Below are positions 7,137 through 15,343 of a DNA stretch of 24,000 nucleotides, one piece after another. Position 1 is the stretch's first letter. Each line of letters begins with the position of its first letter. The translations under genes were made by a program, and so were the position numbers. A model generated the notes under the pieces. It made no database searches and was not told the DNA's origin. It worked only from the letters and a program-made list of their open reading frames with translations. The stretch comes from Nitrosophilus alvini (GTDB lineage: Bacteria > Campylobacterota > Campylobacteria > Campylobacterales > Nitratiruptoraceae), in contig NZ_AP022847.1 in NCBI RefSeq assembly GCF_015100395.1, positions 1,750,003-1,774,002 on the forward strand, in the 5' to 3' direction.

Positions 7137-10100
7137 GTGCATATTAAAAACAGGATACTTGTAGCCGTAGCTATTTTGATAGCCACAGCGACAGTAGCCA
7201 ATCTCTTTTTTGAAGCTCTTAAAGAGAAAGAAAATCTCAAAAGAAAAATTGCAGTATACGAAACTCTTTTACACTCTTTTTTTGAAAAGAGACAAAAAGA
7301 GTATACAACTTTTTTTTCACAAAGAGCTGCATTTTTTGAAAAAATTCCCGAAATAGTCCTCTCGATTGAAAACAAAGAGAGAGAAAAACTTATCGACACA
7401 ATGCAGGAAATTTACAAAAAATCCTCTTTTAAAAGCAGCAATGCAACAGATATTTTTTACTCTTCCGACCTTATGTTTTCAGTCAATACAAAAGAACCGG
7501 ACAAATATGTGGATCTACAAAAACATCTGCTTGTTAAAAAATCCTTAAAAGAGAAAAAAATATATAGCGGTTTTGAAAAAAGTGAAAAAGGTATCTTTTT
7601 TGAAACAGTTTCCCCGATTATATTTGAAAACAGATTTATAGGTGTTGTAGAAACAACTATACCTGCCTCTTCTTTTGCAAAAGATTTTGAAAGTATCTTC
7701 AAATCCAACAAATTGGCGGTAGTATCTCCAAACGGAAGCAGTAGAGAAAACAATAAGCAAGAGATACCCAATTTTACCTCTTTCATGCTAAAACTTTTTG
7801 GACTAGATTTTATCGAGTTTAATAATGAGAGATATTTTTACAGGCACTATATCCCGCTCACAGACATTTCAGGCAATACTCTCGCTTATGTAAAAGTGTA
7901 TCAGGATGTCTCTACAGGCGTGAAAGACTTTTACAGTGCGATTGTAAGAACTTTTGCAATAAGTATCAGTGTAATATTTTTGATAATTCTTTTTCTTAAA
8001 TTTTATTTGGAAAAGATTTTTGAAAAACTGAACAAATATCACGAAAGACTTGAAAAAGCACAAAAAATTGCCCACCTTGCAAGCTGGGAGTACGATCTGG
8101 AAACAAAAGAGTTTACAGTATCAAGCTCTCTGTTCGAAATTTTAGAGATAGAAAAGAGAAGAATGCTCAGCATAAAAGAGTGCAACCGTTTTATAGTCCC
8201 AGATAACAGAGAGTATGTAAAAAAGAGTATCATAAAAGCTTTCAGAGAAAAAAGCGAATGGGATATAGAGTATAAAATAACAACCGAAAAAGGAAATTTA
8301 AAATTCATTCACTCTAAAGGTTTCATAAAAACCGATAAAAACGGTAAACCTTTAAAACTCTTTGCAACGATACAGGATGTCACAGAGATAAGAGAGAAAG
8401 AGAGGGAACTTAAACTTTACAAAAAAGTTATAGACAACAGCATCGAAGGTGTTATCATAACTGACAGCCATAATAACATCATCTACGTAAACAGTGTATT
8501 TACTGAGCTTACAGGATATACTGAAGAAGAAGTTATCGGGAAAAAACCGAATATACTTAGTTCCGGCAGACACGGAAAAGATTTTTATAAAAAGATGTGG
8601 AAATCCCTTTATGAAAAAGGGTTTTGGCAAGGCGAAATATGGAATAGACGAAAAAACGGGGAAGTATATCCCGAATGGCTCAACATCTCCACAGTAAAAG
8701 ACGAAAACGGAAAAATACTCTATTTTGCTGCAACTTTTGCCGATATCACACACCATAAACTTTCAAAAGAGAGATATCTTCAGTTAGCACACTACGATAT
8801 TTTGACTGGCCTTCCCAATAGACTGCTTCTTTTGGACAGACTTCAGGCCAGCATTTCACATGCAAAAAGAAACAGTAAACCTTTTGCAGTTATGTTTATA
8901 GATATGGACAGATTCAAACATATAAACGATACATTAGGACACTCCGTTGGAGATATTCTTATAAAACAGATGGGAGAAAGACTGAAATCATGTTTTAGAG
9001 AAACTGATACCGTTTCAAGAGTCGGTGGAGACGAATTTATAGTTCTTATAGAAAATCTCAATAATAAAAACAACGTTCTAAATCTGGCAAAAAAAGTGAT
9101 AAAAGCCGTTAATAAACCTTTCCGAATAAAAGGGTATGAACTGTTTGTAACCGTAAGTATAGGTATAGCCATATATCCCAAAGACGGCACTACAACAGAT
9201 GAGCTTCTAAATCATGCCGATATGGCTATGTACAAAGCAAAAGAGCTGGGTAAAAACAGATTTATGTTTTTCGAAAGAGAGATGAACAGGTTTGCCGCTC
9301 AAAGACTTTCAATTGAGCATGATTTAAGACGTGCTGTATTAAATGGCGACCTTTTTTTGGAGTATCAACCAAAAATCGAACTTGAAACAGGTAAAATAGT
9401 CGGCGCAGAAGCGCTTGTAAGATGGGAACATCCCACTAAAGGACTTATACCCCCTTCAGATTTTATTCCTATAGCCGAAGAAAGCGGAATGATAGCAGAT
9501 ATAGGCAGCCTTGTTCTACAGCATGGAATCGAGCAGATGAACCGATGGAAAAGCGAGTGTAAACAGGATATGATTCTGGCTATCAATGTCTCAGGAGTCC
9601 AGCTTTTAAACCCAAAAGAGTTTATAGAATCCCTCGGTTTTTATATAGAAAAATATCCTTCACTCAAGAACAAAATAGAGTTGGAACTGACAGAGAGTAT
9701 TTTGATGAAAAATATAGATGAAATGATAGAGATGATGTATAGATGTAAAAATCTCGGCTATCACCTTGCGATAGATGATTTTGGGACCGGATACTCTTCA
9801 CTTAACTATCTTAAACGCTTCCCAATAGATACTTTAAAAATCGACCAGTCATTCATAAAAACACTTGAAATTGATGAAAAGAACAGAGCCATAGTAAAAA
9901 CTGTCATTTCCATAGCCAAAACCCTCGGTTTCAAAGTTATTGCAGAGGGAGTTGAAAAAAAAGATCATGCACAGTTTCTAAAAAAAGAAAAATGTGATAT
10001 AGCCCAGGGATACTTTTTTTCAAGACCTCTTTCACCAGAAAAATTTATAGAGCTTTTAAAAGCGCAGCCTTTTGTGAAAAAATTTTCCAAAGTTTTATGA
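7137..10100 (+). CDS. Membrane sensor protein: periplasmic domain - TM - PAS - PAS - GGDEF - EAL (c-di-GMP synthase/phosphodiesterase)
   Basis: N-terminal TM (ILVAVAILIATATVANLFF), a roughly 240-aa extracytoplasmic region and a second TM (FAISISVIFLIILFLKFYL). Two PAS-like blocks follow (..ASWEYDL.. and ..IEGVIITDSHNNIIYVNSVFTELTGYTEEEVIGK..). GGDEF motif at nt 9024-9038 with RETD (an RxxD I-site) 5 residues upstream. EAL motif at nt 9408-9416 plus ELTES, DDFGTGYSSLNYL, AEGVE and QGYFFSRP. Confidence 0.92.
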   Translation: MHIKNRILVAVAILIATATVANLFFEALKEKENLKRKIAVYETLLHSFFEKRQKEYTTFFSQRAAFFEKIPEIVLSIENKEREKLIDTMQEIYKKSSFKSSNATDIFYSSDLMFSVNTKEPDKYVDLQKHLLVKKSLKEKKIYSGFEKSEKGIFFETVSPIIFENRFIGVVETTIPASSFAKDFESIFKSNKLAVVSPNGSSRENNKQEIPNFTSFMLKLFGLDFIEFNNERYFYRHYIPLTDISGNTLAYVKVYQDVSTGVKDFYSAIVRTFAISISVIFLIILFLKFYLEKIFEKLNKYHERLEKAQKIAHLASWEYDLETKEFTVSSSLFEILEIEKRRMLSIKECNRFIVPDNREYVKKSIIKAFREKSEWDIEYKITTEKGNLKFIHSKGFIKTDKNGKPLKLFATIQDVTEIREKERELKLYKKVIDNSIEGVIITDSHNNIIYVNSVFTELTGYTEEEVIGKKPNILSSGRHGKDFYKKMWKSLYEKGFWQGEIWNRRKNGEVYPEWLNISTVKDENGKILYFAATFADITHHKLSKERYLQLAHYDILTGLPNRLLLLDRLQASISHAKRNSKPFAVMFIDMDRFKHINDTLGHSVGDILIKQMGERLKSCFRETDTVSRVGGDEFIVLIENLNNKNNVLNLAKKVIKAVNKPFRIKGYELFVTVSIGIAIYPKDGTTTDELLNHADMAMYKAKELGKNRFMFFEREMNRFAAQRLSIEHDLRRAVLNGDLFLEYQPKIELETGKIVGAEALVRWEHPTKGLIPPSDFIPIAEESGMIADIGSLVLQHGIEQMNRWKSECKQDMILAINVSGVQLLNPKEFIESLGFYIEKYPSLKNKIELELTESILMKNIDEMIEMMYRCKNLGYHLAIDDFGTGYSSLNYLKRFPIDTLKIDQSFIKTLEIDEKNRAIVKTVISIAKTLGFKVIAEGVEKKDHAQFLKKEKCDIAQGYFFSRPLSPEKFIELLKAQPFVKKFSKVL

Positions 10101-10170
10101 TACTATTTTAAAAATTTAAATCTATTTATCGGTACAACAATTATTTACGTGGTTTTTTTGGAGAAATATT

Positions 10171-11073
10171 TTGCATAATTTGGAAAATTTTTTATCTTTT
10201 GAAATAGGAAAAATAAAAAGCGATAACCTTCACGGAGCCTCGTACCTGACAAAAAAGTGTGCAGAACTTATAATATTTTTGGCAAAAAAAGATACAAAAC
10301 CGGATATTTTGCAAAAAGCCGCCGTTAAACTTGCAGGCGCAAGACCGATGATGGCATCCATTTTCTCTTTTGCAAATTCTCTTCTTTTTTTACTTGACAA
10401 ACACCCGAAAAAAGAGAAGATCATAAGCTTTTGCAATGAGTTTATCAAAAAATATAATCAAGCTGCTCAAACATCCTCCTCAAACGGAGCAGAACTGATA
10501 TCTTCCGGTGATACTTTATTGACTCACTCTTTCAGCTCCATCGTTTTTGATGCACTTAAGAGAGCCAAATATTCGGGAAAAGACTTCAAAGTAATATGTA
10601 CAGAATCAAGACCAGCTTGTGAGGGAGTCAAACTAGCGGAAGAACTTTGTAAAATAGGGATAAAAACAACTCTCATTACAGATGCCGCAGCTCCTTTTAT
10701 GACAAAAAAGATATCTTTTGTTCTTATCGGTGCAGACGGAACAGGAAATTTCGGTCTGGTACACAAAATAGGTACATATGGAATTGCTCTTTGTGCAAAA
10801 GACAACGGTAAAAAAGTTATATCTTTATCGACTTCTCAAAAGTTTTGGCCATACAGTCTCAAACCCCCCTTGGAGCCTCTTAAAAACAGAAATGAAATAG
10901 TAAATAACGATTGTTTAGATGTTATAAATATCTATTTTGATTTTACGCCTCTGCATCTCATAGACGCCATCTCAACCGAGAACGGGTTTCTTGGTGCAGA
11001 TGAGGTGCAAAAACTGTGTAAAAAAATAGAAATACATACTCTTTTAAAGGATAAATATGCTGATAGATTTTAA
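10171..11073 (+). CDS. eIF-2B alpha/beta/delta-family protein (ribose-1,5-bisphosphate / methylthioribose-1-phosphate isomerase-like)
   Basis: Family-typical blocks: LLTHSFSSIV, VICTESRPACEGVKLAEEL, ITDAA, VLIGADGTGNFGLVHKIGTYGIALCAK. TTG start with GGAG 6-7 nt upstream. Substrate specificity cannot be assigned by eye. Confidence 0.7.
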   Translation: MHNLENFLSFEIGKIKSDNLHGASYLTKKCAELIIFLAKKDTKPDILQKAAVKLAGARPMMASIFSFANSLLFLLDKHPKKEKIISFCNEFIKKYNQAAQTSSSNGAELISSGDTLLTHSFSSIVFDALKRAKYSGKDFKVICTESRPACEGVKLAEELCKIGIKTTLITDAAAPFMTKKISFVLIGADGTGNFGLVHKIGTYGIALCAKDNGKKVISLSTSQKFWPYSLKPPLEPLKNRNEIVNNDCLDVINIYFDFTPLHLIDAISTENGFLGADEVQKLCKKIEIHTLLKDKYADRF

Positions 11074-11647
11074 AAATATAGAACCCATCGAGAGATACAA
11101 AATAATGAGTCAAAGCATTTCTCCGCGTCCAATTGCCTGGATAGTAACTCAAGGCAAAAGTCTTAATATCGCCCCTTTCAGCTATTTTTCTCCACTCTCT
11201 TCAAATCCTCCCGCTCTTATAGTCTCTATCGGACACAAATCGGACGGCTCTCCAAAAGATACCCTCAAAAATATACTCAAAACAAAAAAATGCACCATCT
11301 GTCTGGCAGCTCCCGAAAATCTTGAAAAAATGCACTACAGTTCAAAAGAAGTTGCAGAAGAGATAAGCGAAGCTGAAATGTTTAAGATAAAAACAGAAAA
11401 AATCGTTGAAGGTTTTCCGCCGGTCATAACGGAAACACCTTGCGCATTTTTCTGCGAACTGCTGCAAAAAGTTGATCTAAAAGGGAGCAAAACAGTTCCG
11501 TTGATACTTGAAGTAAAAGAGTTTTACATAAACGACTCGTATGTTACAGACACACACAGACTCCTTTTTGAACTGGATCTGCTTGGCAGAAGCGGAAAAA
11601 ACTACATTACAAAATGCAAAAAGATAGAGCCTCCCAAAATACCTTAA
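11057..11647 (+). CDS. Flavin reductase-like (FMN-binding split-barrel) domain protein
   Basis: Characteristic N-terminal segment (ISPRPIAWIVTQGKSLNIAPFSYFSPLSSNPPALIVSI) and a length near 190 aa. The ATG is preceded by AAAGGA and overlaps the upstream gene by 17 nt. Confidence 0.75.
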   Translation: MLIDFKNIEPIERYKIMSQSISPRPIAWIVTQGKSLNIAPFSYFSPLSSNPPALIVSIGHKSDGSPKDTLKNILKTKKCTICLAAPENLEKMHYSSKEVAEEISEAEMFKIKTEKIVEGFPPVITETPCAFFCELLQKVDLKGSKTVPLILEVKEFYINDSYVTDTHRLLFELDLLGRSGKNYITKCKKIEPPKIP

Positions 11648-11661
11648 GCATCCCTGGTTTC

Positions 11662-11670
11662 TGATATAAT
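11662..11670 (+). promoter_or_regulatory. Extended -10 promoter TGATATAAT upstream of the radical SAM gene
   Basis: TGnTATAAT lies 33 nt upstream of ATG 11703, with a strong SD AAGGAGGGG at 11691-11699. The box sits in the loop of an 8-bp inverted repeat (TGGTTTCT 11655-11662 / AGAAACCA 11677-11684). The same 9-mer recurs at 13836-13844. Confidence 0.55.
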
Positions 11671-11702
11671 ATAAAAAGAAACCAAAAATTAAGGAGGGGA
11701 CA

Positions 11703-12728
11703 ATGGCAGCTTCCGCTTGGCTCTCCAAAAAACTAAAAAACGGCAAGATACTGTGCGAAGCATGCGCACAGGCCTGCAAACTTGAGGAAGGTGAATACGG
11801 TATATGCGGTGTCAGAAAAGTTGAAGAAGGGGAGTTGAAACTTCTCGTTTACGGACGTGCTGCAGCGGTAAACGTAGACCCTGTAGAAAAAAAGCCGATG
11901 TTTCATTTTCTTCCCAATACAACATCATTCTCATTCGGAACCGTTGGATGCAACTTCTCATGCAAATTCTGTCAAAATTACGAAATCTCCCAATATCCTA
12001 AAGAACATAATTACAGAATTTTCGGTGAAGAACTGCCTCCGGAGAAAATAGTTGATCTTGCGGTAGAGTACGGCTGTAAATCCATATCATATACATACAA
12101 CGAACCGGTTGTATTCTTTGAGTATACATACGACACAGCAAAAATTGCAAGAGAAAAAGGTTTAAAAAATATTTATGTAACCAGCGGTTATGAGACAAGA
12201 AAAGCCATTGATACTCTTGCACCATATCTTGACGGAATGAATATAGATATAAAATCGTTCAGGGACGAATTTTACAAAGAGATATGCGGCGCAAGACTCA
12301 AACCCGTTTTGGAGTGTGTAAAATATGCCCATTCAAAAGGTATATGGATAGAGATAACCACGCTTCTGATACCAGGGAAAAACGACTCGAATGAAGAGAT
12401 AAGAGACATTGCAAAATTCATAGCAGAACTTGACACTGCTATCCCCTGGCATGTTTCGGCATTTTATCCAATGTACAAAATGACAGATGTCCCTCCCACA
12501 CCTGCCGATACGCTTAGGCGTGCGTATGATATAGGCAAAGAAGAGGGTCTTAAGTACGTATATGTAGGAAATATAGACGATCGAAAACATGAGTCCACAT
12601 ACTGTCCGCAGTGTGGGAAAGTTGTTATAGACAGACGCGGCAGAATCGGCCAGTTTGTTACAAACTATCTTGATGAAAACGGTACATGCCCGAATTGCGG
12701 ATATAAAATAGAAGGAATATGGAAATAA
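11703..12728 (+). CDS. amrS: AmmeMemoRadiSam-system-type radical SAM enzyme (PflA-like activase family)
   Basis: Radical SAM cluster motif CNFSCKFCQN, preceded by the family-typical VDPVEKKPMFHFLP block. N-terminal Cys cluster (CEACAQACKLEEGEYGICGVR) and C-terminal CPQCG...CPNCG. Length 341 aa. Confidence 0.8.
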   Translation: MAASAWLSKKLKNGKILCEACAQACKLEEGEYGICGVRKVEEGELKLLVYGRAAAVNVDPVEKKPMFHFLPNTTSFSFGTVGCNFSCKFCQNYEISQYPKEHNYRIFGEELPPEKIVDLAVEYGCKSISYTYNEPVVFFEYTYDTAKIAREKGLKNIYVTSGYETRKAIDTLAPYLDGMNIDIKSFRDEFYKEICGARLKPVLECVKYAHSKGIWIEITTLLIPGKNDSNEEIRDIAKFIAELDTAIPWHVSAFYPMYKMTDVPPTPADTLRRAYDIGKEEGLKYVYVGNIDDRKHESTYCPQCGKVVIDRRGRIGQFVTNYLDENGTCPNCGYKIEGIWK

Positions 12729-12731
12729 AAA

Positions 12732-13286
12732 ATGAAATTTTTCATGTTCGATGAAGAGATGCTCAAAAAACTTGACGGATATGCAATGGTAACGGGCACC
12801 TCTTTTATTGCAATAGGATGTATAGGGATTTTGACCGCACTTTTTTTCAGACCTTCCATAGATATTGCTCTGGGCATTCTTTTTCTATCTTCAGGCATAG
12901 CTGCTTTGCTCTCCTTTTACAAAAACTGTTCAGCGGCGAATATGGTACTTCTTCAGCCAATAATTCTTGTTGTTGCCGGACTCGTATTTCTCTCATATCC
13001 TGTAAAAAACGATACAGTTATTCTAATGACACTGATTTTTTATTTCTTCCTTGACGGATTTGCAAAAACTGCAATCGCAGTCTCTTTAAAACCTTTAAAA
13101 AAGTGGCGGCTACTTTTCTACGGAGGGGTCGTCTCAATTATGCTTGCTATATTTATTCTGGTGGGATGGCCTCTTACAACATTGTGGATACTTATTATTC
13201 TGGCAAGTGCGAACCTACTTTTTGACGGTTCCGCGCTTCTTTTATTCGCACTCTCACTGAAAAAAGAGCTGGAAAACTCTATCTGA
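12732..13286 (+). CDS. DUF308/HdeD-like small membrane protein
   Basis: Six predicted TM helices built from repeated G/L/I-rich units in 184 aa. Starts 3 nt after the radical SAM stop. The family call is by overall pattern only. Confidence 0.55.
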   Translation: MKFFMFDEEMLKKLDGYAMVTGTSFIAIGCIGILTALFFRPSIDIALGILFLSSGIAALLSFYKNCSAANMVLLQPIILVVAGLVFLSYPVKNDTVILMTLIFYFFLDGFAKTAIAVSLKPLKKWRLLFYGGVVSIMLAIFILVGWPLTTLWILIILASANLLFDGSALLLFALSLKKELENSI

Positions 13287-13734
13287 CTTCATAGTGCATA
13301 TATCCGCTTCCTCCACTCGCCCATTTTCTTATGATCAACTTGTCATCATCACTGAGTTTTGCTTCAGGATGCGTCCATAAATACTGGGGTATCGGCATAG
13401 CAAACGCAACGCTTCTATATATCTGTTTTTTCAGCTCCTTTTTCTTTTCTTCGTCGTAATTTTCCCATTCACTGAAATTAAGTGCCCTCCTACCGTTTAC
13501 AACATCACGTCTTACTATCCATGACATCGGCGCTACATCACTGTACCATGGCCATCTTGTTTCATTTGAGTGGCAGTCGTAACAGGAGCGTTTGAAAATC
13601 TGCATAACATTTTTGGGAGCTTTTATTTCCAAAAAACTGTCAATTTCTGGATTTATTTTTTCATATGTGGGTATAAACTGAAAAACCGCAAAAATCCCAA
13701 GAAAAATAGCGCACATTCTTAAAAATATTCCCAT
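13279..13734 (-). CDS. Haem-binding-domain protein (membrane-anchored, CxxCH)
   Basis: Motif block CYDCHSNETRWPWYSDVAPMSWIVRRDVVNGRRALNFSEW matches the bacterial 'Haem_bd' domain pattern and includes a CxxCH haem-c site. N-terminal anchor MGIFLRMCAIFLGIFAVFQF. Start set to ATG 13734 (AAGGAGAGAGGG directly upstream) rather than 13767. Confidence 0.75.
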   Translation of the reverse strand: MGIFLRMCAIFLGIFAVFQFIPTYEKINPEIDSFLEIKAPKNVMQIFKRSCYDCHSNETRWPWYSDVAPMSWIVRRDVVNGRRALNFSEWENYDEEKKKELKKQIYRSVAFAMPIPQYLWTHPEAKLSDDDKLIIRKWASGGSGYMHYEVR

Positions 13735-13835
13735 CCCTCTCTCCTTTTTGAAACAGAGTATAACCAAAGTTCGTTACAACTTCGCTATAGCAATTTTATT
13801 GATAAGAGGTTTATTTTCTTTTAAAAAAAAATTTT

Positions 13836-13844
13836 TGATATAAT
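13836..13844 (+). promoter_or_regulatory. Extended -10 promoter TGATATAAT for the tandem secreted-protein genes
   Basis: TGnTATAAT preceded by an A/T tract, 37 nt upstream of ATG 13881 (SD AAGGA at 13870-13874). It lies in the divergent spacer shared with the haem-binding-domain gene. Confidence 0.55.
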
Positions 13845-13880
13845 GATATAAAGTTATAAAACTGAAAATAAGGAAAAAAT

Positions 13881-14261
13881 ATGAAAAAATTTGCTCTTCT
13901 CATGATAGCTTTTTCAACTTTTCTCCTGGCTGAGAAAGCCGATGTAATAGACGCAAAAATCAAAAAAAGCTACGGCGGAAGCTACATTGCATATGTAAAA
14001 ATAAAACATAATGATGTAGACGCAAGCCATTTCGCCGACGAGTGGGAAATTCTTGATGAGAACAGAAAACGTATAACAGTTAGGCTGATTTTCGGCCCCC
14101 AGCCTGGAAAAGAGATAATAGAATCGGAGCTTTACGGCTTCAAAATACCTGACGGAACAAAAAAAATTATAATTAGAGCCCACTGTTCAAAAGAGGGCTT
14201 CGGAGGAAAAGAGTTTGAGATAGAACTTCCTGAAAGGAATGACCAAAATGAAACTAAATAG
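13881..14261 (+). CDS. Small secreted protein, paralogue A (uncharacterised family; motif-degenerate copy)
   Basis: Signal peptide MKKFALLMIAFSTFLLA. Aligns without gaps to the next ORF (shared KH.D....H.AD.WEILDEN......R.......P...S..Y....P...K...IRAH....G.GG.E..I.LP). It has FGPQPGKEIIESE where paralogue B has HHPHIDEQPFTRS. Confidence 0.7.
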   Translation: MKKFALLMIAFSTFLLAEKADVIDAKIKKSYGGSYIAYVKIKHNDVDASHFADEWEILDENRKRITVRLIFGPQPGKEIIESELYGFKIPDGTKKIIIRAHCSKEGFGGKEFEIELPERNDQNETK

Positions 14262-14604
14262 AATTTTCATGCTTTTAATATTCGCTGTCTCCATATTCGC
14301 CGGTGAAGCGGACGTAAAAAATGTAAATGTAGAAAAAATTTCCAAAAACACCTATAATTTTCACGTTACCGTAAAACACAGTGATGAAGGGCAAAAACAT
14401 TATGCAGACAGATGGGAAATACTTGACGAAAATGGAGAAGTCCTTGCTATAAGAATACTACACCATCCGCATATAGATGAACAACCTTTTACTCGCTCTA
14501 TGTATGATGTAGAACTACCCAAAGATGTTAAAGAAGTAAAAATCAGAGCACATGATCTTATTCACGGATACGGGGGTGAGGAGAAGAGTATAAAACTCCC
14601 CTAA
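14248..14604 (+). CDS. Small secreted protein, paralogue B (His-rich HHPHxDEQPFTRS motif)
   Basis: Signal peptide MKLNRIFMLLIFAVSIFA. Conserved KHSDEGQKHYADRWEILDENG, HHPHIDEQPFTRS (nt 14461-14499) and RAHDLIHGYGG. ATG 14248 is better spaced from AGGA than ATG 14239 of the ORF track; either start overlaps the end of paralogue A. Confidence 0.7.
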   Translation: MKLNRIFMLLIFAVSIFAGEADVKNVNVEKISKNTYNFHVTVKHSDEGQKHYADRWEILDENGEVLAIRILHHPHIDEQPFTRSMYDVELPKDVKEVKIRAHDLIHGYGGEEKSIKLP

Positions 14605-15287
14605 TCCATCCTTCTTACATCATGAAACTCTCCGCTTTCATATTTTAACAGTTTCACAAAAGTCTCTATCAACATCTTTGCGCTCTCCTCGGGCGAAAGC
14701 TTTGGACTCTCTTTGAGTCTTTTGACAGAAGGATACTTCTCTTCATCTATATTTTCAAGTATGTGACCAAGCATAGGTGTGGCAACTAGCCCCGGGGCAA
14801 GCGCACTTAAATGTGTATTTGACATTTCACGGGCATAAAGTTTTATCAGCATATTTAGTGCAGCTTTGCTGATACTATATCCACTCCAGCCTCTGCTGCC
14901 GTTTACCGCAGCTCCACTGGATATCGCGACTACCTGCTTTATATTTATATTTTTAAAAAAATCAAGAATAACTTTATTTGACCATACATTCAAATCCATA
15001 ACGGTTTTCAGCTCATACAGACTCGTTTCGCTCATATCTTTTATGTCACCAAGCATCCCCGCATTAAGTATGGCTATATCAATACACTCAGGCAGTAGTT
15101 CCAAAAGTTCTTTTTCTATTTTTTCGTGAGCGAAAAGATCCAATCTTCTAAAATACAGGTTATCTTCATTTTCCAAAGTCTTTGGTTTGTAACGGCCAAG
15201 AGCGTATACCTCATCTCCGCGCTTGAGATACTCTTTTGCCAAAGCTTCCCCAATACCGGAACCTATCCCTGTTATAAAAACTCTCAT
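14601..15287 (-). CDS. Short-chain dehydrogenase/reductase (SDR) family oxidoreductase
   Basis: Rossmann motif ITGIGSGIGEALA, NAG motif (LNAGML), catalytic Ser (ISSGAA) and YSISK (YxxxK). Start set to ATG 15287 (MRVFITG..., with AAGGAAAG upstream) rather than 15308. Confidence 0.85.
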   Translation of the reverse strand: MRVFITGIGSGIGEALAKEYLKRGDEVYALGRYKPKTLENEDNLYFRRLDLFAHEKIEKELLELLPECIDIAILNAGMLGDIKDMSETSLYELKTVMDLNVWSNKVILDFFKNINIKQVVAISSGAAVNGSRGWSGYSISKAALNMLIKLYAREMSNTHLSALAPGLVATPMLGHILENIDEEKYPSVKRLKESPKLSPEESAKMLIETFVKLLKYESGEFHDVRRMD

Positions 15288-15343
15288 TCTTCTTTCCTTT
15301 AATATCATAGTTTGTTATTGATTAAACGATATCTTTCCCAAAC

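Noticed and set aside
11057-11073. Recurrence of 17-nt gene overlaps (11057-11073, 16239-16255, 22529-22545) as a possible shared signal.
   Set aside because: The three overlap sequences are unrelated, and the third depends on choosing TTG over an ATG 6 nt downstream. Most likely coincidence in a compact genome.
13735-13767. Longer N-terminus (MVILCFKKERG) for the haem-binding-domain protein.
   Set aside because: The internal ATG at 13734 has a well-placed AAGGAG-type SD and starts directly with the membrane anchor. The extension has no SD.
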